From contig NC_087437.1 in the NCBI RefSeq assembly GCF_036321535.1, positions 6,510,001-6,574,000 on the forward strand: a DNA stretch of 64,000 nucleotides, in the 5' to 3' direction. Below, in pieces: positions 1 through 11,850 of this stretch. A program made the translations under genes and the position numbers. The notes under the pieces are model-generated. The model did no database searches and was not told the origin of the DNA. It saw only the letters and a program-made list of their open reading frames with translations. This stretch comes from Camelus dromedarius. Its lineage: Eukaryota. Every line of letters begins with the position of its first letter. Within the stretch, counting starts at the first letter, position 1.

Positions 1-84
1 GGAGACACTGCTTTGCGTTCTTCATGCATTTAGGAGAACTAAAGAGGGGAGCGGACGATGGAGGACAGTGCCGACTGATGGACA

Positions 85-265
85 GCCTGGGGACTTGGAG
101 TCACCCCAGCCTGAATTTGAGTTGGGACCCTTCTTTTCTTTGTGCTCTTAGGTCAGGGATTTAATTTCTTGGAGTCTCAGTATCTTTCTCTCTAATACGG
201 GGGTAATAATACTGATCTTGAGGCATTTCAGTGAGAATAAACAAGATAAGCTAGTGAGCACACTC
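85..265 (+). mobile_element. MIR SINE remnant
   Basis: Degenerate MIR core (ttggagtca...gagtctcagtatctttctctctaatacgggggtaataatac...gtgagaataaacaagataa). Confidence 0.65.
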
Positions 266-549
266 ATCCCGTTAGAGGCAAATACTTTCATTTCTTCAAA
301 AGGAAGTGCATACCACAGCCTGCTTGGTGAGGCTGGAGGAAAGAGGTGAAGAGGATCTAGTGGATGAGAAACCTGAGACACCACTTACCCCTGTTCTATT
401 GTGTTTGCATTTAAAATTTTCTCTCTCAAACAGCCTCCTTTTCTTTCTTTCCTCCCTTCATTCCTTTCTTCTTTCCCTGCAGATTGCAGGGGAAAGGGTA
501 CTAAGCATTTTGAAAGAGTGAAAAATCTTGTGAACATCCTTTGTGTGCT

Positions 550-790
550 CAGTGGTCCTCAGAGTGTGCTCCTGGACCAAGTGCATCAGCATCACCTGGG
601 AACTTGTTAGAAATGCAGATTCCTGGGCTCCACCCTTCAGTAGGTACTAGACCTGGGGCACCTAGAGAGATGGAACAATCCCTCCAGGTGATTGTAATGC
701 ACATTAAAATATTTAAACATTTTTTTTATTGAGTAATAGTCATTTTAAAATGTTGTGGCAAATGTGCACATTAAATTTTGAGAACCACTG
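550..790 (+). mobile_element. MER5A-like hAT-Charlie MITE, interrupted by a tiny L1 insertion
   Basis: Termini cagtggtcctca...tgagaaccactg; diagnostic catcagcatcacctgggaacttgttagaaatgcagattc. Confidence 0.85.
709..764 (-). mobile_element. Extremely 5'-truncated LINE-1 3' tip
   Basis: Reverse complement atttgccacaacattttaaaatgactattactcaataaaaaaaatgttt matches the 3' end of the L1 at 47633-47680; flanked by direct repeat tgcacattaaa (698-708 / 765-775). Confidence 0.75.
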
Positions 791-896
791 ATGTATCAAA
801 TGCTTTTGTCTTCCTTTCTCAATAAGAGCAGCCTTATTCATGCACAAGTCCCAACACTCAACCAAGGACTTCCTTGTACATACCAAGAAGATTTTG

Positions 897-1150
897 AGAG
901 ACAGTCTGTCATCACGTTTAAAAACACAGGATGTAGTCCAGACTGTCTTGATTTATATCTCAGCTTATCGCTTATTAACTCTGTTTCCTTGGGCAAGATT
1001 CTCAACCTCTCTGTGCCTCAGTTTCTTTTGCTGTAGAATGAAAACAATAATGGTATTTAGCTCACAGGAATTTTGTGAGAGTGTATTACACTTAGGACAG
1101 CAACAGACAAACAGAACTCTCTGAAGAAGTCTGAGCTATTATTTATTATC
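897..1150 (+). mobile_element. MIR SINE
   Basis: ccttgggcaagattctcaacctctctgtgcctcagtttcttttgctgtagaatg MIR core. Confidence 0.75.
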
Positions 1151-1244
1151 TGGAGAATATAAAGGGCATTGCAAAATGTGGAGAATCAGCAAACCAACCA
1201 GTCCAGGAGGTGTTGAATCTCAAATTAGGGCATATTTTTCTCTA

Positions 1245-2600
1245 ATCATCCATTGTTTCTTCAACAAAGGTGTGTTGTTGGCTCAGTACAAGCCAGGCAC
1301 TGTGTAAAAGGAAGTGGAGATATGGGAGAGATTATGAAAGATTTGATCCTTGACTGTGTGATACTGAGAGGAAGGGAGAGGCATTCAGAAATAATTTCAC
1401 AATTGATTGACTGCAATTGTGCTGAGTGCTATGAGGGAAAACACAGCATGCTGTGAGAGTGTTTAACTGGTAAACTCAACTCAGCCAGGTGAAGAGATGG
1501 AGGGAGAGCGTACCAGCAAAGGGAGTAGTGGGTGGAGGTGGAGGGTCAGGGAAACTTCTCTCGGAGCATCTGAAGCTGAGCCTTAAAGGATGAGCGGGAG
1601 TTTGCCAGGCAAAGGCGGGTGTGAGGACCAGCAATCCAGGGAGAGAACAGAATGTCAAGACTTGAGGTCAGCAGGGGCTTGGTGCTTTGGAGGAGCTGAA
1701 AGAACACCAGTGTGGTTAGGGTATGGGGGCAGAACAAGACTGAATTATCTGGCCAGGGACGGACACTCACTGTGGGCTTTAAACAAAGAGACGACATTTG
1801 TTTTTAGAAATATTGCTCCAGCAAAGTGGGAGAAATGGATTGCAAGGGGCCAGAGATGTTCCAAGGAGACCGGTGTCTGTAGCTGCAGTCTGGGAGAGGA
1901 AGGAGGGTGGTTTTGGCCATGGTGGTGGAGGAGGTGGAGAGAGGCTGGTGGAATTGAGGAATTGTGGATTGGTGAGCAGAGAGAGTAGGAGGCCGAGGGA
2001 GGTGCTGGGGACATGTGCCCTGGGGCTGTTTCCTTCAATAAGAAGCACCTAGAAGGAGCATTTTGGGGGAAGAGATAAGTTCAGGTGAGTATGAGGACCT
2101 ACAAAACAACAAAGAAAATGCACACAGTGGACAGTTGGCCTTATGAACCTGGATGTCAGGGAGCTGGTGACCTCGCCAGTAAAGGGGGTGGTTGGTATGT
2201 GCGCAGCAACTGAACTTATGACAGCAGATGGGGTTATCCAGGCAGACTCGAGACAAGAGTTTCTAGGATTGAGCTCAACACGATAACCAGCATTTACAAA
2301 TGAGGCGGAGTAGGACCAGGCCTCAAAGGAGGAACGGCCCAGTGGGTAGAAGACCTGGCTGGGGTGTCAGGGGAGCTAAGGGAAGAGGGAATCAACTTGC
2401 CCAAGTATGATGGGAACTAGAAGTTTCCTGGATTCAGCTAAAGAAAAGTACTTAGCGACCTCAGTGAGAACCGTTTTTGCGGGAAAATGGCCTCGGGGTG
2501 AACGGGAGACAGGGAAGTGGAAATCATGAAGTTGGACCTATTTGGTGGGGCAGGAGCAAACAGAAGTAAGATGGTGCCTTCAGGATGACATGGAGCCTAA
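1245..2600 (-). mobile_element. L2 LINE remnant (3' region)
   Basis: Antisense L2 3' end (ttcaacaaag...agccaggcactgtg) followed by typical purine-rich L2 antisense text (gagctgagccttaaaggatgag..., ttcagg...ttggccttatgaacctggatgtcagggag). Confidence 0.7.
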
Positions 2601-3084
2601 GGAGATTAATTATTTAGAGAGGAGTTAACCATGTTCTGAAAATGGCGTGGAGGAAATCAGAAGAGAGGAAGAGGTTGAACGTACTGGAAGAGGGTGTATT
2701 GATAGTGGGGGTTTTGGAGGAAGTGGGAGGGGGAAAGTACCACATAGATGGAGGGTCTGGCTTTAGACAGATGTAGAAAGTACAGGCAGCTCCTTGGTTG
2801 TAACAGGAGGTCAGGGGATGCGTAGAGTGCAGATGCTGCTGGGTTTGTCGGTTTGGTGGTGGGAAGGTGAGAGGTTTGTTCAGTGGCTTCTGTTTTCTTG
2901 GTGAGGGAAGAGGCGAGGCCATCTGTTGAGCAGGACAGAGGACGTGTGAAGGCTAGTGATCTGAGAAAGTGAAGATGGTTTGAAATAGTCAGTGAGAGCA
3001 GAAAAAGGAGACTATCAGAGAAATGTAGCAGGGTCATTGTGAGAATCAGGATGAGAGATGGCGAACCTATCAGGGTAGGTGTGC

Positions 3085-3735
3085 TGGTGAGGCCCTGCTC
3101 TCTCAAGGCTGATAGACCAGTTGGGCACAAACACATGCAAAGTTATTCACAACATGGTGTAGGTAGTGATGCACAGGACATGGGGGCTTGTAAGAGCGAG
3201 GCATCTAACTTGAGACCTACAGGTAAGGCAGCATCAACCAAGGCAAGAGATCAGAGGGAGAGTGTATCAGCAGAGGGCACATGTGACCAGGCCACGAGGT
3301 GTGGGAAAACGCGGAGCTGAAGGAGGCTCCTGGGTGGAGTAGAGAGAATGAGGGTGTAGGGGATGCTGGTGGAAGTGAGTGGTTAGAAGAGAAGCTGGAC
3401 AGGAGCAGGATGGCAGCTCAGGCATGTTCTAAGCTAGTGCTTCACAGGTGTGGTCCTTGGACCAGCAGGGACCAGCAACATCACCTGGGACCTTGTCAGA
3501 GATGCAGATTCTCAGGTCCCAAGCCCTAGACCTAACCCATCAGAAATCCTGAGAGTGGGTCCAGTGATCTGTGTTATGCCAAGTCCCCCAAGTCATGTTG
3601 CTGCCTGCTAAAGCTTGAGAATTCGTGTTTTAAGCAATGGGGAAATTGATTAAGATGCCTTTTTAGCAAGAGAATGACGTGATCAGAGGCAAGTTTATAA
3701 TGATCTCTGGTCCCGGTGTGGAAAATGGAGGGTTC
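3085..3735 (-). mobile_element. L2 LINE remnant split by MER5A
   Basis: ggccctgctctctcaagg... and, after the MITE, ttttagcaagagaatgacgtgatcaga typical of antisense L2. Confidence 0.55.
3435..3627 (+). mobile_element. MER5A-like hAT-Charlie MITE
   Basis: gtgtggtccttggaccagcag...catcacctgggaccttgtcagagatgcagattctc; 8-bp TSD ttctaagc (3427-3434) / ttttaagc (3628-3635). Confidence 0.85.
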
Positions 3736-4624
3736 TCTTTGTGAATCCCAGCCAGGGATCTCAACAGGACTAATTCTTCAGCTGGGCTACTGACCCTGGG
3801 GCAGGGCTTTCCAACCAGTGTCTCCATGGTGACCAGAACCACCTGCCCCCTTGGAAGCTCCCTGAGGAGCTTACCTCTCCAGCAGCTCTCTGCTGCCCCC
3901 CTCTGTCCACAGGCCACACTCATGGTTCCCAGGCTCAGCCTTCCCAGACCCTGATCAATTCAGTTTCAGCATCCCCTTGACTCCTTCTGCACCATCAGCT
4001 TTGCCAGATGGTTGGGCTTGGCTAATGTCAACTTATTACATGAATTAGACACTGTCATTGAAATTCTTTGAATGGATGGTTCTAGAGAGCCCAAGAAAGA
4101 GTATCATTCAAGCAGCTACCTGAGATAACTTTGGGGCAAATTTGCTGATTTTGAGATGAAGTGGTCCCTTATATCCCCTTACATTTCCAGGAAACAAGTT
4201 TGGGTTTGTGTTTTTTAAATATATCATGCTGCTATTTCTCCAGAAAAGCTCTTTCACAGTCAGAAGGCATCTTATACCTGGGAAAAAAAACTGTTTGAAG
4301 GATTTCCCCAAGACTAGTAAGGATATGACATTAGAAGGCCTGGTGTCGATTGGGATGATTCCATCAAGTTCTACCATCTAACCCTCTCTTTACAATAAAA
4401 TTTTCTTGATAGGTAGGTTGGTCTGCACTTTGTTTCATTTGGAGATGTAGAGAAACATGATTTTCCTACAGGCACAGATTGGATTGACACAGCTGCTAAA
4501 AGGTGATAAAATCAGTTCAGGGAGCGCGATATAGGCTGCCTTCCATCCAGTGATAACCATGCAAAATAAATATGATGCCTCCTGCTCGGGCATGAGCCCA
4601 CGTCTCCCAGTTGTGATGTCTGAA

Positions 4625-4822
4625 AGAGGGAGTCACACGGGACTTGGAATCAGACAGATCGGTGTTGGAATCTTGGTCTCACTGGTCACCAAAAGTAACT
4701 TACTTCTGGCAAATTACTTAACCTCTTTGGGTCTCCATCTTCTCTGCTGTAAAATGGGTTGTTGTGATGGCTACATCGAACAACGTAACCTAGGGTGTTT
4801 AGTAGATGGCACTAATTATTAG
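4625..4822 (+). mobile_element. MIR SINE
   Basis: ttggaatcagacaga...ggcaaattacttaacctctttgggtctc...ctgtaaaatggg. Confidence 0.7.
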
Positions 4823-5289
4823 CTTTTGTTGTCTCTTAGAATGTTTCACTGCATTATACATTAAGCTAAGAAAAAGAGTCTGAGAATTCTAAGAATTTCA
4901 TGCTTATGAATGTAATTTGCAGGACATTCTTTGGGCCAATAATGTTGAATCACTGAAAACAGGATAATAACTAACAGAAACCTAGGAAGTTGATAGGTCA
5001 GCTCTAGAACATATGGTGACTGTGGTCAGGGTTGATGGTAGATTCTACTCTCACCAAACTTGTTTCACATATTCAGTGAATATGCAGATATTGATAGCTT
5101 ATTATTTTTCTACTGGGACTGCAAACTAACAGAAGTCTGAGTCATACCAGAGTGTCAGCAAGCGAGGGGTAGTTCAAGATCTGGAGGAGGAAGAGGCCAT
5201 TTGGACATAGAATTATCCAAACTGCACCAACACAGAGATTACTTGACCAGCTATGTCTAGGATACTCTATCATATGTTTTAAAGCTCCA

Positions 5290-5760
5290 GAAAGGAGATA
5301 GGACTTGAGCTTAGCTATGAAATTTGGGGGAGAATTCTGATAGATGGAGAGAAGAGGGAGAACATTTAAGGTAGGGGAACAGCTTGCAAAGCCATGGAAA
5401 CAGAGATCAATTAGTCATGATCTTGGGACAATGAGTATACCTGTTTGGTTGGAGGGGAGTGGGAAGAAGAGTATTACTGGAAAGATACACTGGGTTAGAC
5501 TGGGAGAAGTCTTTACTGATAGAAGAGGAATTTGGGAGCCAGTGGGCATTTTTGAATAGGAAAATGACACAATACAATGTGATGTCTTGGAAATAGTCAT
5601 CGGTTTTCTGGGTACAAGCTGGGAGAGTAGAAAGAAGGTAAGTAGGCTCCTTAAAAGGCTTTGCCAGAGTTTAAATGAGTTGCAAAGGCTGTGTACAAAT
5701 TAACTGGGGATGGGAGGCTAGAGAGAAGGCAGGGCAGAGGAGTCTCAAGGTGTCGTGAGG
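5290..5760 (-). mobile_element. L2 LINE remnant
   Basis: acttgagcttagctatgaa...aggtaggggaacagcttgcaaagccatgga typical antisense L2. Confidence 0.55.
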
Positions 5761-5799
5761 GCCTGGGCAAGGGATGGGGTGAGGAAACAATTCAGAAGA

Positions 5800-6220
5800 T
5801 GTGGTGGGTTGCTTCCAAGATGGCCTTCTGTGAGCTCCACCTTCTGGAGCTCATGTCTTTGTGTCATCTCCTCCCCTTGAGTGTGGGCTTCTAACCAATA
5901 GAAAATGGCAAGTGTGACAGGATGTTACTTCCAAGATTAAGTTACAAAAAGCTTCTGTCTTGTTGCCCTCTTTTGCTCTCTCGCTCGGTCACTTTGATGG
6001 AAGATGACCGCCATGTTGTAAGCTAGCCTAGAGACTAGTATGGTGAAGAACCAAAGGTGGCCTCCGGCCAACAGCCAGCAAGGAACGCAGGCCCTCAGTC
6101 CAACAGCCTTTAAAAACTGAATTCTGCCACCAACCTTCTGAGTAGATGTGGGAGAGGATCCTTTCCCCCTCAAGGAAGCAGACCCTGGAGATGACAGCAG
6201 CCCTACCTGACACCCTTGTG
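5800..6220 (+). mobile_element. MaLR solo LTR, MLT1F-like (3'-truncated)
   Basis: Starts TGTGGTGG; ctccccttgagtgtgggc, ccaacagccagcaaggaac, ctgaattctgccaccaacc motifs of MLT1F. Confidence 0.8.
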
Positions 6221-6732
6221 CTGCGTAACAAATTACCCCAAAATACAGTGACTTAAAGTAACATACATGTATTATTTCTGTTTTTGTGGGTGAGGTATCT
6301 GGGTCCTTTCGCTCAGGGATCTCTCACAAGGTAGTATTCAGATCAAGGCTTGACTGGGAAGGGTCCACTTCCCCACTCACTGGTGTGGTTGTTGGCAGAA
6401 CTCAGTTCCTCCTGGGTTGTTGGACTGAGGCTGTTGGCTGGAGGCCTTGGGTCTTTGCCCTGTAGGTCTCCCCATAGAGCATCTGACAATATGGTGGATT
6501 GCTGAATCAGAGTGAGCAAGTCAGAGAGTGCTGGCAAGATGGAAGTCAGCCTTTTGTAACCTTATCACAGAAGCGATAGGCCATCACTTTTGCTATATAC
6601 ACTATTCTTTAGAAGGTGCTAGAATTCTTCAGTCATGGATATGGGCCACTTTCTAAGGGAGGCGCTCACAGGAGAGTGTTAACACCAGGAGGTAAGGATC
6701 CCTGGGGACCATGTCAGAAGCTGCCTACCACA
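6221..6732 (-). mobile_element. MaLR solo LTR, MLT1F-like
   Basis: ctgcgtaacaaattaccccaaaa...gacttaaa (antisense MLT1 3' end) to gctgcctaccaca (antisense 5' end). Confidence 0.8.
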
Positions 6733-7011
6733 GCTACAGTTATTTATTGTCTGTGGTCCTCCCAAAGGGCTTTAGGCTCCTGGAGGGGGCTTGCACTTTG
6801 TACATTAAGTGCTTAATAAATATTTATTGGATAGATGAGATAATGCTTGCAAAGACTCTGAGGTCTCTGAACAGTAATTGTTGACTTAGACGTTAAGGCA
6901 CTGATAGTCTCTTCAATTGGTCAACAGGGTAATGGCGATGTAATAAATCTCTTGGACAAAATTCTGACCCTAAATACTAAACCCTAGTTCACTTCATTGG
7001 GTGTAAGGACT

Positions 7012-7220
7012 CAGGGCCGACCTGTACAGTTGTACCACGTACAGAAATGCCTGGCTGAAGGGACGAGGTGCCTAAATCCAGTTCGTATTCCACTTAACAA
7101 ACTGTGTGCCCTGGCACGGGACTGTGTCAGTGTAGACACAATGATGCCTTTTTGAAAGATGTCCACCCGGAGGGGATACTTTCTTTTGTAAGTCACACAA
7201 AGGCTACATGTGTGGTTCTC
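7012..7220 (+). mobile_element. MER91B-like hAT-Tip100 MITE
   Basis: cagggccgac...acagttgt start; gcctggctgaaggg, aaatccag, tgtgccctggc, tccacccggagg, cacaaaggc motifs in MER91B order. Confidence 0.6.
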
Positions 7221-7792
7221 TAAGGAAGTGTCAGCCTTCCCCTCCCTCCTCCTGTTTGCTTCCTCACCTGAACTATACCCTCTAAAATGGGCTTGAGGGA
7301 GACGGCAGACAATGTCCCATCCACACCTGACTTTGGGGAGGATTAAGTTCTAGTTTGGGAGGCCTTCGAGATCCTGGGAGAAAAGAAGCTGTGGAAATGC
7401 AGACAAATTCCATCATCCCTATTAAACTGCCAAGAAAATTCTATGCACACAGCGATACCACCCTCTCCCTGAGTGCTTGGTCTGACCTGACAATAGCAAA
7501 CAAACAGCAAGCTGTGATCTGTTTTTAATTCCAAATGAAAATCCGCCCCAAATAGAGGCAAAAAGGAGAAAAAGCAGCTCAGCAATAATGTGTGCTTTGG
7601 CTGAGGACCCCAGGAAGCCTTGCTTCTGTTCACCTCAGCCCCTCTCCCTCCCCCGCTCAGGGTTTACACACCCCCCAAAAAACTCAGCTCACACCTCTGG
7701 AATGGTTGTGTATCGAGGATAAGGATGTTGACAATAGGGTTTAAGCCACGTAAATAACTGCAAATTGCTGTTCTGCCTCAGCAACTGCCAGC

Positions 7793-7868
7793 AAAAAAAA
7801 AAAAAAAAAAAAAAAAAAGAAGAGGAAGAAGAAAGAAAGAAAAAATAAAAAACGAGGAAAGGAAAGGG
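7793..7868. repeat. Poly(A)26 followed by GA-rich low-complexity tract
   Basis: A run 7793-7818 then gaagaggaagaagaaagaaagaaaaaataaaaaacgaggaaaggaaaggg. Confidence 0.95.
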
Positions 7869-8245
7869 ATGATATTTGGAGCATAAGTTGTGAGGAGGGG
7901 GAGCTGGGAAGTAAGTAATGTGGAATCTGGCAACCAGCTCTGGGTGTAAAAGACACTTTGATAAGGTGATCACAGGCCACCCACAGTTGTTAGGCAGCTA
8001 TAGGAAGTTATTTTGACAGGACATGTGGCACACTTCAAATAGAGGAATCAAAGCCCCAAATGATCAGGGATATGTTACAGGAAAGTTCTGGTTTAAAGAA
8101 CAAGCCACTGTAATAATGGAGGGATAGCAGTAATGTAGGTTCCAAATATTCATCTTGTAACTTACATGTCCTTCTGTTGGTGGTGACGTGTGGAGCAGGA
8201 AGGAAGGAATGATGACAGACATGTGCTTTTTAGGAACAAGGAAAA

Positions 8246-8385
8246 GGGGGAGGGTATAGCTCAGTGGTAAAGTGTATGCTTAGCATGCATGAGATCCTGG
8301 GTTCAATCCCCAGTACTTCTATTAAAAAAAAAAAGTAAGTAAACCTAATTACCTTCCCCCACCCCCAGATATCTTTTAAAAAAAA
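8246..8385 (+). mobile_element. tRNA-Ala-derived camelid SINE (vic-1 type), long form
   Basis: ggggagggtatagctcagtgg...cttagcatgc...ggttcaatccccagtac head with Pol III A box (8257-8267) and B box (8300-8309), A-rich linker, aaacctaattacc tail; TSD gaacaagg(g)aaaa 8234-8245 / 8386-8398. Confidence 0.9.
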
Positions 8386-9026
8386 GAACAAGGGAAAATG
8401 CCTTTTGATAGTTGCTATTTCATGCTCCTCAGTTCCCTGGCTTTTTGCTGGCACCGTTTTCAATGGCTTCCCCAACACTCTTCCTCCAAGAACTCTTTTC
8501 ATGTGCCGCAGCCAAGGTGAGAAAGACTAGACCAGCCACGTGTGTGCCGCCACAGTTCAGGTGTTTGCATACTATCCATCACTTCACCCTAGTCTCTTGG
8601 TTTCTATCCTCTCCAACTTCATGGTTCCACTTTCCCATTCATGCTACTGACCCCTTTGCTTGAAATCACACAGTCTTCCTCTTTCTCCATCTTTTGAATC
8701 TCACCAACTCCAGAAGACATTTTTTGTTAAATTGTAGAAGAGTTTTAGGTGAGGGAGGAAAAAAAGAAAGAATTCATTGGATGGAATGTTTATTGAATAG
8801 AGGGATGGAAACACAGATGGAGGCAGGGAATTCCAGACTCTGGTGAGCCCCTCTTGGTTTGTGTGCCCAGCACTCTCCCTACTCCCTGCCACAACCTTCT
8901 TCTGAGAACCAGTCCCTCCTTCTCTTTTAAACATGGGTTTTGTGCAGAAGATGTAGTTTGCTTTCATGGTCACACTTGCTGGGCACAGATTACTGGTGTG
9001 AGAGTGACCATCTAAATAAATCTTGG

Positions 9027-9285
9027 TGTATCAGCTAGCTTATGCTGCCTAACAAATTAGTACATCAAAATGTGATGGCTCAAAATAGTATTTATTTTTA
9101 CTCATGAGTCTGAGTGTCAGCTGGAGTACTCTACTTCATGCTGCAGGGCTGCAGATTCCTGGGATAGCTCTGTCAATGCACAGTCATTCTGGGGTGCAGG
9201 CTGAAGGGGCAGGAGCTACCTGGGGAAAGGGTGTCTCCTAGCAAGGGCAGAATTTAAGATGGCAAGTAGAAACATGGTGATTCCC
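9027..9285 (-). mobile_element. MaLR LTR fragment (MLT1H/I-like)
   Basis: tgtatcagctagcttatgctgcctaacaaa...tggctcaaaa antisense MLT1 3' end; caggctgaaggggcag. Confidence 0.65.
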
Positions 9286-9754
9286 CTTTGTGTGCTCCTG
9301 CTGCTCTCTGACCTTGCTTGGGCCATTTTATTTTCCATTTTTCTGTAACTTCTTTCTTCTATGAGACTGGATGGAAGAACTAGAGAATAAGGTAGGAAGT
9401 TCTACTCAGATATTGTTAAAGGAATGCTCAGAAATATTTAGAAAAAGAGAGAAAAATCCACTTGCCAAGGGTGCAAGGGAGCCAGACTTCAGAAAGATTG
9501 GTTGGTCTATTAAAAACATAACTAGTATTTAAGGAAAAACTGCAGAACTATCAGTTATGAAGCACACATTAGTCTATTCACAGTGAAAACAGCCACTTGC
9601 TCACATGATTATCATATCCACAAAGGTCATGATACATCTTCAGATATCAGCTTAGCCGAAGTTGGGATAAAATTGTTTCTATTGGAGAACTAAAGGTTTA
9701 CAGGAAATACCCAAGGGCTTTTTATTTGGGGAACTAGAAGCATGCAAGATGATC

Positions 9755-10289
9755 ATGATGGTTTAAAAATATGTCTACAGATTCTTTGAAACTATCCCTT
9801 CAAAAGGTGGAGGCTAATTCTTCTTCACTTGATTGTGGGCCAGACAATGAATTGCTTCCAAAGAACAGGACGTGGTAGGAGAGATGGTGTGTAGCTCTCA
9901 AGATTAGGTCATTAAACACATTACAGCTTCCACCTTGCTTGTTCTTGGATCACTCTCTGGGGCAGGCCAGCTGTTGTGTCGTGGGGACACTCCAGCAGCC
10001 CCTACGGGAGGTCCATGTGGTGAGAAACTGAGAGCTCCTACCAGCAGTACTCGCTGGGCATGAGTGAGCCACCTTGAAGGCAGATCCTCCTGCCCCAGTT
10101 AAGCCTTCAGATGATTGCTGCCCTAGACAATGTTAACTGCAACCTCATGAGAGACCCGGATGCAGAACCACTTGCTAAGCCCCTCCTGGATCTCTGACCC
10201 AAGAAACTATGTGAGATAATTAATGTTCATTGTTTTAAGCTGCTAAGTTTAGGGGTTAATTTGTTCTGCAGCCAGAGAAAACCAATAAA
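9755..10289 (+). mobile_element. MaLR solo LTR, MLT1F-like, near full length
   Basis: gccttcagatgattgctgccc, gcaacctcatgagagaccc, ttgttttaagctgctaagtttagggg...aatttgtt MLT1 3' end. Confidence 0.8.
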
Positions 10290-10376
10290 ATGAACCTATT
10301 GTTTTTGGTTTATCACAGGGTGTAAAGTTGTGGGGGGAGGGCACTATTATGATTATTTTTTGGAATTATGAACTAA

Positions 10377-10576
10377 TTTTATTTATTTATTTTAATTGAA
10401 ATACAGTCAATTATAATGTGTCACTCACTGGTGTACAGCACAATGTCCCAGTCATGCATATACATACATACATTTGTTTTCATATTTTTTCCATTAAAAA
10501 TTATTCCAAGATATTGGACATAGTTCCCTGCGCTATACAAAAGAATTTTTTTTTAAAATATCTATTTTTATATACA
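10377..10576 (-). mobile_element. LINE-1 3' UTR fragment (lineage-specific)
   Basis: T-rich start, aattgaaatacagtcaattataatg...ctggtgtacagca...gatattggacatagttccctgcgctataca. Confidence 0.8.
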
Positions 10577-10974
10577 TTTTTGATTGCTGTCTGTAAAATG
10601 CTCAGACATATTGGATGAAAGATGAGTGTCTGGCCTAATATGAGCAGTCCAACCGTCTTTGTAAGGTTCTACATTGGGGTCTCATGCACCAGTGCCTTCC
10701 GTAACAGTGTAACTTACATTCCTACCAGCAATATATGAAACTGAATGAATAAATGAAAACAGTGCACATATTCGTGTACCTGCAATTCACTTACCCTCAA
10801 TGACCAGCAGAAAACTGGCCTGGCAGGATAAGGCATTGTGGTAGAGTAGGGTGAAGACTGGTGCTTACTAGTTCTGATGGAACCAGTTCAATCACCAGAC
10901 ATCATAGGCTGAGTCTCCACAGACGATGAAAAGTTCAAAGATTTGTAAAAATGTTTGAGAAGTGAAATAAATAA

Positions 10975-11240
10975 TTTATTTACCAAGCCATTTATTGATG
11001 GATATTTATTTTGTTTCCAATTTCTTCTTGTCAGAAATAAAGCTGAAGTGAGTAACTTCGTACACAGGTCATTTCATCTGGGCACCAGTACATCTGTAGG
11101 GTAAATACCTGGATGGGAAAATGCTGGGTCAATAGTTTAATGGATCTGTGATTTCACTATTAGCAAATTGCCTGTTTTTCCTCAGCCTTACCAACAGAGA
11201 GTGTTACCAAACTTTTGAATTTTTGCTCGTCAGGTAAATG
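10975..11240 (-). mobile_element. Old L1M (L1ME-like) fragment
   Basis: tattgatggatatttattttgtttccaattt...ctgtagggtaaatacct...tgctgggtcaa antisense L1 ORF2 end. Confidence 0.65.
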
Positions 11241-11669
11241 GATCCTTTAGGTTTGAGTAATTCATAGCCTTGTCAGGGAAGATATGATCACTTAATTTAT
11301 GCTTTGTTACAAAATGAATCTGAGAACAACTTTAAAAAGATAAAAATATTTATTTTTGCATATATATATATTTGTTTTGAAAAGATTCTGAGGACACCTC
11401 TAAAGATATTAGTAATACAAGATAAAAACATACAGAGATTGGGAAATTAGGTCAAGAGTAAAAGTGGGAATGGAATTCTGATCAAGATTGGGTTACGACA
11501 CAAATACTTACGTCTTTAGGTTCTATGTAGTTGCTAAAAGGGTGTTATAAACTTGTCTCTGAGTTCCCTGGAAGCTGATATAAAGATGAAAACATGGTTT
11601 GCTGCAAGAGTCACAGTGAATATAATATTAATAATAAATCTATAATACTTGATTCACTGTACTTTTGTG

Positions 11670-11850
11670 AGAGCTTATTTACCCTCAGTTAACTTCAGGT
11701 AGGTATATGATTATCCTCATTTTACAACTGAGAGACTGAGGCACAAGCAGTTAGGTAAGTTGCCCATGATTGTGTGGCTTATTAATAAGAGGTGCCTTGT
11801 TTTGCATTTATGCAACGTGGTTCCAGAGCCCACATTTTAAATTAATACAT
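11670..11850 (-). mobile_element. MIR SINE
   Basis: attatcctcattttacaactgagagactgaggcac...gtaagttgcccatg. Confidence 0.75.

Noticed and set aside
434..489. Long polypyrimidine tract ending in tandem cAG acceptors
   Set aside because: Low-complexity CT tract followed almost immediately by a MER5A; no plausible donor or exon downstream.
2657..3136. 159-aa ORF (- strand)
   Set aside because: It reads the pyrimidine-rich strand of a purine-rich, LINE-like region; Leu/Ser-rich with no recognisable homology or splice context.
8246..8322. Apparent tRNA-Ala(AGC) gene
   Set aside because: It has an extra 5' ggag, stem mismatches, an A-rich tail, a TSD and diverged dispersed copies in the same window, so it is a tRNA-derived SINE rather than a tRNA gene.
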